64,000 nt of DNA from Octopus vulgaris (GCA_951406725.2 OX597835.1:17608001-17672000), one strand, 5' to 3'. Shown: positions 42,106 through 56,155, numbered from the stretch's first letter. Notes: generated by a model not told the origin, from the sequence alone. Program-made: numbers and translations.

Positions 42106-42144
<39 letters not shown>

Positions 42145-42581
42145 TACATATGTCTATATGAAAATAACATATACACAAACACGTATATGTATGTGTGTGT
42201 GTGTTTGTGTGTGTGTGCGATCTTCAGACACACGCATTATCTGCATTTTCTCAAATATTTGCAAATAACGCTAGTACTACTAACACTTCAATCGCCACCG
42301 CCACCAGCAAGAAACTTACTAATATAATAACAACTCCCACCACAAAAACAACAAGAGTAACATAAAGAAGTCGCTCCACCATCATTCATAATAATAATAA
42401 GAGCAGCGCTTATAAACAGAAAGCAAACACACTTTATTAGTGGAACAAAAATTTGTAAAGAAACCTCATAAAAAACGGTTTATGAAACGAAAGCAAGAAC
42501 GATCGTATGAACGAATGAAGGAAAAAATGAACGAACGAATGGACGACTAAATAAGAGAGAGAGAGAAAGAGAGAGACAGAC

Positions 42582-42618
<37 letters not shown>

Positions 42619-43921
42619 TGAAGGCGAAATACAGAGGGAGCGAAAGTGAAATGGCAGTAGGAAGTGAAAGCGATGGTGGCGGAAGCACGTAAACCTAACA
42701 AAAGAAAATATGAAATAATATTAAACAAACGGCGGCCATTACAGAAATATGGCTGCAAATGAAATGAAAGAGGACATGGACATCTATGCTTGGAAAATGA
42801 ATAAGATGCAAGAGTCGATGTTGTTGGAAAATGGCGGTATTGGAGAGAGAATAAGGTACAGGAATTAGAATATGGAAATGGCTGAGGAAGAAGGGGGAAA
42901 AAATAAATACAAGAGGAAATACTACAAGACATGTATTTATTCCAGTTTACATTTGGTAAGTACATAAGTATGTTTATTGGAATTATGGGAAGAATTTTAT
43001 ATGACGTTGTGATAGGTAGAGGCGTAGATGGAGATGACGGTGCTGGCGGTGGTGTATGTTTATGGGGGGTGAAATAAGGAGAAGAGGAAGGGAAGTTTAG
43101 GTAGTGTGCAGGCAGAACGGTGCGGGGGGAAGCTTAATAAAAATCTAAATCGTTTTCATTGGTTGATTTGTTTGATTCTGACGCTGTTGTGTTTCTAGTT
43201 TTAGCTGTCGGTGGTGGTAGATGCGCTGAATACTGATGCTCCTAGTATTGTTGATGGTATGCATGGTGGCGGTGATGGTAAGGGGACTGGTGGTTGAGCC
43301 TGTAAAGTTATTCCTTGTTGTTGTTGGTGTTGTTGCCTCTGGTTTTTGTTAATGGTTTGTCGCTGGTAACGTGTTTAGCGTCACGATAATGTACCATTTA
43401 TCGTCGTTGGTTAACCCCGAGGTAACTCTGACTGAGCAGGACTGTGATCGAATATTTTTCAACAATGACAAATTCGCCTCTTTAGATATTACTGAGCATA
43501 TATTATTCAAAACGGCCTTCCATTCTACAAGACAACTTGATGTAGCTGGATGGGCATTTGACTGTTAATTTAGCCGCTCCCCCGTTCACTTAAAGGCATC
43601 CATTTTGACTAAACGTGTTTGTTCATCTTCCTTGTTGTCATTGCTTTATCAAAAATCGCTATTACTGACAAACTAGAGATACGATCAAAGCATCGTTTAT
43701 TCTCTGGTCTGTCTCCACACTCACCTCCTGCCACAAAACAGTAAAAACCCCAGAAAGAAATTATTAAGAAAGAGGCTGTCATTTCCGGAGAATCCTGCAC
43801 ATTATCTCCTCTTTTCATTCCAAGTCAATTGCATTCGCCACATGCATTTGTTTACCTTCTCTCGAAGCGACTGTAATTTTGATAAGTCACCGGTATATCT
43901 TTTCGTAGAATTTGATATATT

Positions 43922-44105
43922 TTACTTCATCGTTATCAAGATCTATACCGTTGGAACCCCGAGTCAATTGTCGAATGCATGCAAAAATAAAATGGAATAT
44001 CATTATTGTAATAAATTTGGACAAACTTATTTACTTAAAGATAACCAATTGATGACATTAAGCGGATTGTATGAGAATACCTTCAGCAGTTTTAGAACAA
44101 ATTTA
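43922..44105. repeat. Old dispersed repeat, second copy at 47882-48055
   Basis: Both read acttcatcgtt...ccgttgg..ccccgag..aattgtcgaa.gcat.caaaaataaaatggaa...ggacaaac.tatttac..aaagataac. Confidence 0.75.
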
Positions 44106-44274
44106 CTTTCTAATAATTGCTTGACCACATTATCTGATATTCCAAGAAGCAGCCTCCGCAATGGTGCTCTATACCACCTCTCTCTCTCTCTCTATCTCTA
44201 TCTATCTATAGCATCTATCTATATCTATCTATTTTTCTACCTACCTCTCTACGTCTATTGACCTCACTCACTCC

Positions 44275-44314
<40 letters not shown>

Positions 44315-44362
44315 GTATATATATATATATATATATACATATATATATACAAATAAATATAT

Positions 44363-44403
<41 letters not shown>

Positions 44404-44575
44404 GAGAGAGATTATATTTAATATATATATATATATGTATATATATGTGTCTGTACATATAAATACGTATGTATGTGTGAGTGCGTGGGTTGGAGTGGTG
44501 TATGTGTTTTGATGTACATACAGTCGAATGTTTGTATGTATATATATGAAATTACACACACACACATATACATGT

Positions 44576-44613
<38 letters not shown>

Positions 44614-45398
44614 GCATATATATATATATATATATATATATGTGTACTTTCACACACATATATATATGCATATATATATATATATTATATATATATAGAT
44701 GGGTAGATAGATAAAGAGGTAGATCGAAAGATATACAGATAGACAGGTGGATACATAGATAGATGTAAATATAGATAAAAAGAAATATAGATGAAAATTA
44801 TAGATATAAATCTTCGTCTGTATTAATGCAATTGATTGATTAGATGATTGATCTGCTTGAGTGATTGACTAGGTGAATGAGTTCTGATTTGTTAAATCTG
44901 AACTTCTGTCAGGGGGTGGATAGAGTGAGAGAGAGCGAGAGAGAGACAGACAGGGTGGGAGAAAGAGACTGAAGGAGAGAGAGAAAGAGAAAGATATAGA
45001 GAGCAGAAAGTATGAGAAGAGAGATACCAGCAAGTGAGAAACCTGTGTGGGTGTGAGTGTGAAACAAGATGAGAGAAAGAGAGGCATGAGAGGGAGAGGA
45101 GAAGCGAGAGAGAGAGAGGGAGAGAAAGAGAGGGGTAAAGAGGAAGAGGGGAAGCGGGAGAAAGTGAGAGAGGGAGAGAGAGAGAAACTGGAAAATAATG
45201 ATAAAGGTGAACGAGGAAGTGGTCATGTGGGAGATTTAGAGAGAATGCAAGAAATAAAGAAGGGAAAAGGATGAGGAGAGAGATAGATAATGAGAGGGTG
45301 AAAGAGGAAGAGAATTGCTATTGGAGAGAGGAGGGAGAGAGAGAGAAAGCGAGAAGGTACATATATATGTATATATACATATATATGTATGTGTGTGC

Positions 45399-45435
<37 letters not shown>

Positions 45436-46195
45436 CATATATACATATATGTATATATATAATGTATAAGGCAGAGAGGCGAGATAGAGGGACAAACAGA
45501 CAGACAGGGAGGGAGAAGGAGAAGAAATTGGTAAAACTGAAATAAATATACAGAAAGAAATAGATTGAGATGAAACAGTCTCTAAGATGGAATTGGTAAA
45601 TGATAAGACACGGAAGACGACCAAAAGATATTTCTATTTAATCACTATAATGTACTGTGGTGCTGGTGGTGGGTTATAGAATTTGGACGGTGGCGGTATG
45701 TGGGTAGGTGGGCGGTTGTGGTGGTTGTGGTGGTGGTGAGGGGGGTCAGTATTGAGAAACAGGTGCGTGTTCTGAGAAACGGAGGGGATTGTGGGAAGGT
45801 GGAGAGGAGAGCGAAAAAGAATGGTTACATTAGCGTGCATGTATCTTGTCTAACAAATTGCATTTTCATTTATATACATAATACACACACACACATATAT
45901 ATCTATATATATACCCATATATACATATATATGTAAATATGTATATATACACACCCATATATATACATATGTATATATAAATGTATATATATACATATAT
46001 ACATGTATGTGTATATATATATATACATATCCACATACACACACACATATATATATATGCATAAAACTATACATACATATATATATATATATATACATAC
46101 ATACATACACATATATGTATAAGTGCTTCTTTGTATGTATATCTGTGCTAGTTTTTTAGATACATATTATTGCTCCTGTATATAAATACATGCAT

Positions 46196-46230
<35 letters not shown>

Positions 46231-46579
46231 TACATACATACATACATACATACATACGTGTGTGCGCGTATTAAAATACTTGCATTTAAACAAAACAAAA
46301 AAAATTCCCAAACATGACATAGAGATGTATACCCACATATTCACAATCAAAGCTTAATCTTTGCGTGAGCGTGTATGTGCGTGCGTAATAATTTCCATGT
46401 TTGAGAAATGTGCGTTTGGTAATTTGCATGAAAATGTTTCCTGTGCACTATTATAGATTGTTCTCAACTTTACTTAAAGCCTTTATCTCATTCGTACTTC
46501 GATAAGTATGTCATTTTCTTTTTCCTGAGCTGAGCTGAGCTTGTTTAACTTCGTGGCTAATATATATATGACTCACAAA

Positions 46580-46812
46580 AGGCGGCGAGCAGGTAGAAAC
46601 GTTAGCACGCCGGGCGAAATTCGTAGCCGTATTTCGTCTGTCGTTACGTTCCGAGTTCAAATTCCGCCGAGGTCGACTTTGCCTTTCATCCTTTCGGGGT
46701 CGATAAATGAAGTACCAGTTACGCACTGGGGTCGATGTAGTCGACTTAATCCCTTTGTCTGTCCTTGTTTGTCCCCTCTGTGTTTAGCCCCTTGTGGGTA
46801 GTAAAGAAATAA
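46580..46812 (+). mobile_element. Full-length monomeric F1 SINE with 18-bp TSD
   Basis: Head ggcggcgagc...gttagcacgccgggcgaaat and B-box-like gagttcaaattc. TSD ATATATATGACTCACAAA at 46562-46579 and 46813-46830. Confidence 0.93.
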
Positions 46813-46844
46813 ATATATATGACTCACAAATCTAATATACCTCC

Positions 46845-47555
46845 TACTATAGGGACAAGGCCTGAAATCAGGTTTGGGGGGAGATTTGATCGACTGGAAC
46901 GTATTTTATCGATCTCAAAAGAAGGAAAGTTGATTTCAACGGCGGCGGAATTTGAACTCGGAACGTATTGAACGAAATGTCGTTAAGTATTTTGTCCGGC
47001 GTGCTAACAATTCTGCCACCTTGCGAATTCTGTCAGATACTCAATTAATTCGATTTTCTTATTCAATATACAGAAGGCGGCAGACTAGCAGGATCATTAG
47101 CGCGTCCGAAAAAGTGCTTAGCAGCATTTTGTCTTTCTTTACGTTCTGCGTTCAAATTCCACCGAGGTCTACCCCAGTGCTCAAGGAGCGTGTTCAAGAG
47201 GCACTGGATTGATGAAATCGACTAGCTCCCTTCCCCAAAATTAATGGTTTTACCATAATTTAAAACCAAAACAAAATTGGCAGAAACGTTAGCACGCCGG
47301 GCGAAATGCTTAGCGGTATTTCGTCTGCCGTTATGTTCTGAGTTCCAATTCCGCCGAGGTCGACTTTGCCTTTCATCCTTTCGGGGAAGATTAAATAAGT
47401 ATCAGTTACGCACTGGGGTCGATGTAATTGACTTAATCTCTTTATCTGTCCTTGTTTTTCCGCTCTATGTTTAGCATGCCGGACAAAAGACTTTGTGGCT
47501 TTTTGACCGTCTTAAGTTCTGATTTAAAATTCCGCCGAGGTCGACTTTACAGTTC
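46845..47555. mobile_element. Cluster of F1 SINE copies (- 46845-47020; + 47075-47170; + 47278-47475; + 47476-47555)
   Basis: Repeated ggcggaatttgaactc and ttccgccgaggtcgacttt motifs. Confidence 0.85.
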
Positions 47556-47587
47556 ACTTTACTGAGAATGATAAAAGAAAAAAAAAA

Positions 47588-47870
47588 CTGGCGCTCTGTC
47601 AGTTACGACGATGTGGGTTCCAGTTGGCCTGATCAAGGGAACAGCTCGCTCGTGAAGTTAACACGCAAGTGGCTGGCGGAGCACTCCACAAACATTCAAA
47701 CCATTAACGTAATTGTCAGGGAGATTCAGCGTGACATAAATTGTAACAAGGCCGGACTTTTGAAATACAGGTACTACGAATGTTTACCAAGTGTCTGGAC
47801 TGGAGCCACGTGAAATAAAGTGTGTCCTTACTGAAGGACACAAAGCGCCGCGTGGAACCGAACTGACAAC
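47588..47870 (-). mobile_element. SINE head B (partial) + tail Y
   Basis: Reverse complement of the 25312-25620 body. Confidence 0.78.
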
Positions 47871-48994
47871 TTGCTACAATTCACTTCATCGTTCTCTACA
47901 GCCATTCCGTTGGTGCCCCGAGAGAATTGTCGAACGCATTCAAAAATAAAATGGAAAACGATTATTGTAATCATTCTGGGACAAACCTATTTACCCAAAG
48001 ATAACATTAAGCAGATCGTATATGAATACCTTGAGCATTTTTAGGACGAATACCTAGTCACTAAATCATGCGCCTTCACTGGGGTGGTGGTGACAAAATA
48101 AGGTTCCATTCCAGTAATGGGTCAATGGTTTCATTAACCCCGTCTCTCAAAATTGCTGGGATTGTTTCGAAATCAGAAACCTTTGAACGCGACGGACTGG
48201 CAGAATCGTTGAAGCATCGGAAAATATTTATTGTTCTCTTAACGGTATGAGTTGAAATCAGGTGGGGGTCAAGTTTGACATTCGTTTCCCCGAATGTTGA
48301 TAAAATTAAGAACTAGCCACGTGCCGTAATCCATGGTATGACAACCCCAGCTTTCAAAATCGTTACCCTTGTATCTAAATCGGAATACATTATTCATTAG
48401 TTCGGTAGTTCATTCCAGCGATTCACAAATATGGCGCGTGTTTATGAATTTCTTACAATTTCATATTTTCCGTGCGCCATTCCAGTTGTTTCAGGAAATA
48501 CACCCGCATACGCACGCACATACGACACCCTTTCACACACAAATGCTCGCATACAAGCAAAGAGGGACACGCGTATGCATTCACAAACAAAGCAGGCATA
48601 CAGGACTTGAATGACTTAGAATTACATCATTGTAATTGCTGTATATTTGAAATTATGAAATCTTGCGTAGTCAGACACAAGCCTGAATAAATATGCACAT
48701 ATTTAGAAATATATTTTGTTTTCTATGATTTTTTTTGTGGTTGTGATTGTGAAAGGAGAGACGTGCGAGTGAATAAGTATGGAATATATTTATCATTAGA
48801 AGATAATACGTTATCATCATCAGCTTGGTTCCAGTTCCTACAGGCCCTTCATAAATGTAATTCATAGGGGAAAAAAAGGGACATTGACTAAAGTATATTT
48901 TTGGGAGTCTACAGTAGTTCGAAATTTATAACTCATCAGTATATTATGATGGTCTATACATACACACACACACATGCGCGCATGCGTACACATA

Positions 48995-49057
<63 letters not shown>

Positions 49058-49062
<5 letters not shown>

Positions 49063-49240
49063 CGCTCAGCCGAAGTCGACTCTCGGTTACTCGTTGGATC
49101 AGTGTCCTCCAGTCAGTTCTATCCTGGGCCGCTTCTTTCAGATTGGCTATGTCCATTCTGGTATCACTCTTGATGGTGTCGAGCCAGCGGGTTCTTGGTC
49201 GGCCTCTTCCTTTCTTGCCGCTGACCATTCCGAGCATGAT
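49058..49240 (-). mobile_element. 3' end of an RTE (BovB-like) LINE running into (GATA)n
   Basis: IMLGMVSGKKGRGRPRTRWLDTIKSDT....LKEAAQDRTDWRTLIQRVTESRLRLSG*, the RTE C-terminal GRP..RW.D...DR..WR motif. The stop codon is part of the (GATA)n tract at 48995-49061. Confidence 0.9.
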
Positions 49241-49400
49241 GAATGCCGTATCACATACGAAAGAATGCAAGTCACTGATTGGCTTCATAGGCCATTCTAA
49301 GTCGAATAGTCATTGAGATAAAAACGAAGAATCCCACCAAAACACAGAAACAAATGATCAACATGGGATATCTACATACATACATACATATATACATACA

Positions 49401-49718
49401 TTTTTTTTTATTTATGTGCTCTTTTCAAGCCTAGTCAGGCTCATGGGCCTGGTTTCCCGGTTTCTGTGGCGTATGTGTTCCCCCCCATCTGGACGGGACC
49501 CCAGTCAATCGCAGCGTTACCCAAGAAACAGGAAGAAAAAGTGAGAGAAAGTAGGGGCGAAAGAGTACAACAGGGATCGCCACCACCCCTTGCCGGAGCA
49601 TCGTGGAGCTTTGGGTGTTTTCGTTCAATAAACACACACAACGCCCGGTCTGGGAATCGAAACCGCGATCCTCCGACCGCGAGTCCGTTGCTCTAACCAC
49701 TGGGCTATTGCGCCTCAC
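49401..49718 (-). mobile_element. tRNA-derived SINE, head A + tail X
   Basis: gaggcgcaatagcccagtggttagagc...ggtttcgattccc head; gtcccgtccag...atacgccacagaaaccgggaaacc tail; A-rich end. Confidence 0.88.
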
Positions 49719-49857
49719 ACATACCTACATACACATCTGTAAATCTATATATATATATATGTGTGTGTGTGTTCGCGTGGGTGTGTGTATACATACATAC
49801 ATATATATGCATGTGTGTATGTATATATATATATATATGTATATATATATGTGTATA

Positions 49858-50056
49858 TGATAGATCGGTAGCCACTACACACATTTTTTTTCTCTCCTTG
49901 TTTCTCTCCTTGTTTCTTTCTGTGTTCTTTTCTGTAGAAGAGCGTAGGCTCGAAACGTAAAAGACGTTTTCAATTCCCGAGCATTAAACTAATACATCTG
50001 TTTGTTGTTTACACACACGTGTATGTCTATTGTTTTTTTTTTCGTTAATTTTCCAT
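49858..50056 (+). mobile_element. Hammerhead-bearing repeat, copy 3 (motif at 49926-49964)
   Basis: TCTTTT-CTGTAGA-A-GAGC-GTAG-GCTC-GAAACGT-A-AAAGA; homologous to 31940-32150. Confidence 0.8.
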
Positions 50057-50131
50057 ATATGCGTGACGTTCGATCATATAATAATATAAATAATATATAT
50101 ATACATATATACATACATATATGTGCATACC

Positions 50132-50184
<53 letters not shown>

Positions 50185-50195
50185 ACACACATATA

Positions 50196-50408
50196 TACAG
50201 GAGGGGGTGCTGAAATGTCCCTAGCTTTGGGTAAAAGACATTACAGGCGGTTCCGTTGATTCAAAATATTCCCCTCTCAGATCCACAAATTTATTGCAGC
50301 GGTCCTTCTCTCTCTCAAAGCCCTGTTAAAGAACTCAGAAGTTTGGGCCTCCAATCAGGCCTTTCGCGATACCCTTAAAGCCAGGAACTTTTTAGGGACG
50401 ACCTCGTA
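50196..50408. mobile_element. Tc1/mariner-type MITE
   Basis: Imperfect TIRs tacaggagggggtgctgaaatgtccctagctt and aagccaggaactttttagggacgacctcgta, flanked by TA. Confidence 0.75.
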
Positions 50409-50931
50409 TATGTATATACCCCTTAATTAATTTTCTTTCTCTCTCACCCTCGCTGTCCTTCGATTTCGTTATATTTTGAGCCTCCTCAGTAAAAGGCGAC
50501 CGTCTGCAGCAAACACTATTTAAAGGCTTTTACCTATAACTTCTCCTTTTCTAGTCGCCCCTCTTCGTGTTCATTGACCTAATAAGTAGCCGAGTGTTAA
50601 CAAACACGCGCAAACTTGCGGCAAGCTTCCAATCCTAAGTCACAAATACCGGTTGCCCTAATTCTGTTTCTATTATCCCCACTGCCAGATGTTCCTGATA
50701 TTCCCCCCTCCTCTCCCTCTTTCTTCTCTTTCTCTTTCTCTCTCCTCTCCTCCTCCTGCTACTCTTCCACTCCTTCTTCCTTCGACCCACCTGTGGTATA
50801 ATTCCATTTCTCAACTACATTTCTCCGACAATCACGGACGCCGTCCGGTCGACAGAACCGCCCCCCCCCCACCCATGTTCACCGTCTCTCTTCCTATACA
50901 TTGCTGCCAATATCGACGATGACCTCCATCG

Positions 50932-50970
<39 letters not shown>

Positions 50971-51030
50971 GTGAAAAAAAAATATATGCACACATACATA
51001 TATGTGCAGATATTTATATACATATTCGTC

Positions 51031-51075
<45 letters not shown>

Positions 51076-52083
51076 TCTATGTATATATATATATACATAT
51101 GTGCACACACATATATATATGTATATACATATTTATATACATATTTATATATATGTATATCTATATGTACATATATATATATATATACATACATAATATA
51201 CATATACACATAAACACACAAGGACACACACACACACATGAATAAACACAATGCATTAAAGCCTCTTCGATTTTTTTCTCCCCGTCGTTCGGCCGTCTTT
51301 GGTAAGGAGACATCTTAAGACTACGTGAACTCTGGAAGAATTTCGGTTCTCCATTTCTCTTGTTTTTCTTCTTTTTTCTATTTCCATCCCTCCCCTCCCC
51401 CACCCTTTGTTTATTTCTTTATTTCTTTATTTCTTTGCAACTACGTCCAAAAGAAATAAGACGAGAAGGAACAAGCTTTCATGATATTGACTATTAGGTT
51501 GGATGGCAGGTGGGCTGGGCGGCTGGTTCGTCGGCTGGTTGGCTAGCTGTTTGGTTCTACAGGATTGGGGTGGGGGTGGAGGGAGAGTGAATGATGGGGA
51601 GGGGGTCACTGAAGAAAGCGAAAGGGTGTAAGGTGTACGGCAGAGTTTCTTATCGGCGGATCGATTCGACATCAAGCATTCGATCTTAAATGCTATGGAG
51701 GTTGCATTCAAAGAGTTTTCTTTGACTACACACGAAAAACTATGCAGACTCATAAATATACAGGTAAATATGAATATACAAACACACACATACACACACA
51801 CACACACACACTTACACTCATATATGTGTGTGTGTGTATGTATATATATATATATACATACATACATATATACCTATATGAATATATATCTGTATATACA
51901 TATATATATATGTATATATATGTATAAATATATGTATGTATATATAAACATGTATGAATGTGTGCATGTATATATGTATACATATATATACACTGCTGTT
52001 ATATATATATTTATACATATGTATATATATAAATATATGTATATATATAAAACAGCATTATATATATATATATATAACAGCAG

Positions 52084-52115
<32 letters not shown>

Positions 52116-52479
52116 CCTACATAAATCTACACATGCAGGACAAAAGCATATATATACATATCTAAACATACTTAAATAAAGAGATATAGAATATGATAGT
52201 CAGTATTATTGCAAAAATGAAAAACAGGGCCTCCATGACAATGTGAAAGGAAAGAAAAAAATAACTGGGTTATTGCTTTTGTTTAGCCCAAGGTCAATCT
52301 CGATCCAGCAGACCTATGATCAAAGGCGTTCCAGATATGATATAGCCTGTATTTCATTTCTTATTTTACCCAGTCACAGTGCACCTTCCTTCCTTGTGCC
52401 GTTAGATCGATAATCGACCGTTATTGATTTCACAAGAGTTTGGTGCTCGTCTTGGAATTTTCGTCAAAGAGTAGCAATC

Positions 52480-52738
52480 TTTTACTCGTCTCAGTCATTA
52501 GACTGCGGCCACGCTGGGGCATTGCATTAAATTTTTAGTCGAATGGATTGACCGCAATACTTTATTTAAAACTTGGTACTTATTCTATCGAACTTTTTTT
52601 TTACCGAATCTGCGAGATGACGGGAGCTGAAAGACATCAAGAACGGTTATCAAGCGATGGTGGGGGACAAACACGGACACACACACACATACACATGATG
52701 GGCTTCTTGCAGTTTCTGTCAAGCAAATCCACTCATAG
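52480..52738 (-). mobile_element. F2 SINE, diverged 3' and central part
   Basis: ttttactcgtctcagtcattagactgcggccacgctgggg...tacttattctatcg...caaatccactca. Confidence 0.8.
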
Positions 52739-53033
52739 GTGCAAGTGGCTGAGCACTCCACATACACTTGTACCCTTAACGTAGTTCTCGGGGAGAGTCA
52801 GCAAGACACAGAGTGTCACAAGACGGGACCGTTGAAATAAAGGCACGACAGAAACAGGAAGAAAGAGTGAGAGAAAGTTGTGAGGAAAGTTGTGAGGAAA
52901 GAGTATAGCAGGGTTCACCCCACCTGCCGGAGCCACGTGGAGCTTTAGGTGTTTTCGCTCAATAGACACTCACAATGCCCGGTCTGGGAATCGACACCGC
53001 GATTCCTTAATCAGTGGGCCATTGCGCCTCCAC
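52739..53033 (-). mobile_element. tRNA-derived SINE, head A + tail Y
   Basis: Head and linker as in 49401-49718; body gagaactacgttaagggtac...tggagtgctcagccacttgcac as in 25312-25620. Confidence 0.82.
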
Positions 53034-53079
53034 ACCTGTGTGTGTATATATATATGTATATATGAATATATGTGTGTTT

Positions 53080-53143
<64 letters not shown>

Positions 53144-54028
53144 TGTATGTAACAGTCGTCGTAGTTGTGGTTGCTGTTGTTGTTGTTGGTATTGTTGTTG
53201 TTCTAGAAATGGTGACCGTTGGGTTTGCAGCGCGGCTGTCAACTTGTAACACTCGCCAGAGAAATGGTTGACAAGTAAACCCCCGAAGCAAGCTAAGCCA
53301 TCGAATTAATGAAGAAATTCCTTTCCAAACATGGAATAGACACTCAGAAATCGATAAATTAATTGCTTAAACGAATTTTACTGAAAGGGATATTAAATCG
53401 GTAAAAGCTTTTCTGACTTTATTTCAAGACAATAAAAAATAAAACTCACCGAAATCGGGGGAAAAAAACAAAACGAAAATCATAATAAAAACCACCGGAA
53501 CAATTTTATCCGTCCTTATTTTTTTTTGGTATGTTTTATGGGTTTTTGTTAGTGCTGTTGTTGAGTGTAGTGCATGGCTGTCTAGTTCCTGCGGTTATTT
53601 GTTTTGTACTATTGCGGTTATTGTTCTTTTTGTTTTTAAATTCCAAGTTTTTGCGTTGGAAATTCATCGCCATATCCTTTAGAACATTGGCATGTGTTCG
53701 ACCAAATCTCTTTAACAGCGGCACCAGCAACAGCAACAGCAGCAGGAACAGTACCAGCGGCAGCCGAGTTAGAATCAAGTCAGATATATATATATGTCTG
53801 TCTAATGACCATTTAGGTAAGAAAAAAAATAAAAGAGGAAAAATTCTTTCTCTCTGCTATTATTTTCTCTGTGAATACGGTTTGGCTTGCAAGAAAAAGT
53901 CTGGAGATTGATTTATGGAAATTGGCACCGTATTCCATTGTTTCATGCAACTCTGGAATAAAGATCTTTTTCCTCCCTTCCCTTTCAGAATAACAACGGA
54001 AAAGTAACAAAACCAAAAAGGGGGAAAT

Positions 54029-54086
<58 letters not shown>

Positions 54087-54156
54087 TAAACGTATGTACT
54101 TATATATATGTGCGAGTGTGTGTGTGTGTATTCATATATATGCATGTATGCATATA

Positions 54157-54400
54157 TAGGCATAAATATAACCTATATGTACATGTATATTTATAGATGT
54201 GTATGAATCTATATATACGAATATATTTGTATATATATATATATAGGCATAAATATAACCTATATATACATGTATATTTATAGATGCGTATGAATCTATA
54301 TATACGAATATATTTGTATATATATATAGGCATAAATATAACCTATATATACATGTATATTTATAGATGTGTATGAATCTATGTATACGAATATATTTGT
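54157..54400. repeat. Minisatellite, about 85-bp unit x3
   Basis: taggcataaatataacctatat at 54157, 54244 and 54327. Confidence 0.9.
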
Positions 54401-54667
54401 ATGTATGTATATATATATATATATATATATAAACTATAAATCGGTCATTAGATTATATTCCAAGTTGCACACAATAATCTCTTCCACACATCTTATTCTT
54501 TCGCACTTGATTGAGAAGCCTGATTCAGACCTATTATTTTTCTTCTCCTTTTCCTAAACATTTCATTATTTTCAGAATACAAAAAGAAGCTAAAGAAAAA
54601 AACGCACCGCAGATAGTGTCTAAGACATTGCGTCTGCGAATATATATATATATATGTACCATAGTTG

Positions 54668-54708
<41 letters not shown>

Positions 54709-54736
54709 AAGAGGCATAGGTATGTATGTTTTCCTG

Positions 54737-54778
<42 letters not shown>

Positions 54779-54832
54779 ATGTACGTATACTTATATATAT
54801 CAATGTATGTATGTATACACACACATACACAG

Positions 54833-54865
<33 letters not shown>

Positions 54866-54883
54866 AAGAGAAAGAGATTGATT

Positions 54884-55110
<227 letters not shown>

Positions 55111-55594
55111 TATGCTTGTATGTTATTTGTAATAGCTGTTGCCAAAAAGGAATTAATATATATATATATAAAGAGTTCCATCGCACAAACAGTATCTGTG
55201 TAGAGAACCAAGCTGTCGGGAATCCAACGGGTAAAGCGGATCGAAATAACTGCTGGGCACTCAGACAGTTCTTAGAGTAAAACCATATTGATTCGGTTCC
55301 TATTTCTATTTCAACAGACAGCACAGATGCAGGCTAAGGCAATCTTGCTTAAAGAATTGCCTTGTTTGAATGATTGATTGTCTAAACACACAAAGAAGGA
55401 GAAGAGAAACTGCTTGGCTACGGTGTCCAAATATTTCAACCACTAACTCATTTCACAGTTACGTACAGGGGATTTACTCTAAGTACTTATAATATATTCT
55501 TGCTTTGTTGCGTTTTGCTGGTGAGCGTGATCGCATCGTCGTCTATGATGAGGTATCTCCTATGAAACACCTCTCTCTCTCTCTCTCTCTCTCT

Positions 55595-55639
<45 letters not shown>

Positions 55640-55642
<3 letters not shown>

Positions 55643-56054
55643 TCTTTTACTCTTTTACTCGTTTCAGTCATTTGACTGCGGCTATGCTGGAGCACCGCCT
55701 TTAATCGAGCAACTCGACCCCGGGACTTATTCTTTTTGTAAGCCCAGTACTTATTCTATCGGTCTCTTATTTTTTTTTGCCGAACCGCTAAGTGACGGGG
55801 ACGTAAACACACCAGCATCGGTTGTAAGCAATGCTAGGGGGCAAACACAGATACACAAACGCACACACGCATATATATATATACATATATACGACGGGCT
55901 TCTTTCAGTTTCCATCTACCAAATCCACTCACAAGGCTTTGGTCGGCCCGAGGCTATAGTAGAAGACACTTAGCCAAGGTGCCACGCAGTGGGACTGAAC
56001 CCGGAACCATGTGGTTGGTAAACAAGCTACTTACCACACAGCCACTCATGCGCC
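55640..56054 (-). mobile_element. Full-length F2 SINE flanked by TA repeats
   Basis: Reverse complement of 2212-2644, from tactcttttactc to ccactcatgcgcc. Confidence 0.93.
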
Positions 56055-56155
56055 TATATATATATAATCATATCAAAGGGAAATGGAATTTAATTAAAAT
56101 TTTAAAAAATTTAATTAAAATTTACATTCCCAGTGGTCTAACTTGTAAAATAATT

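Noticed and set aside
55545-55570. TGATGA...GAAAC motif
   Set aside because: Non-canonical core and no stems I or III.
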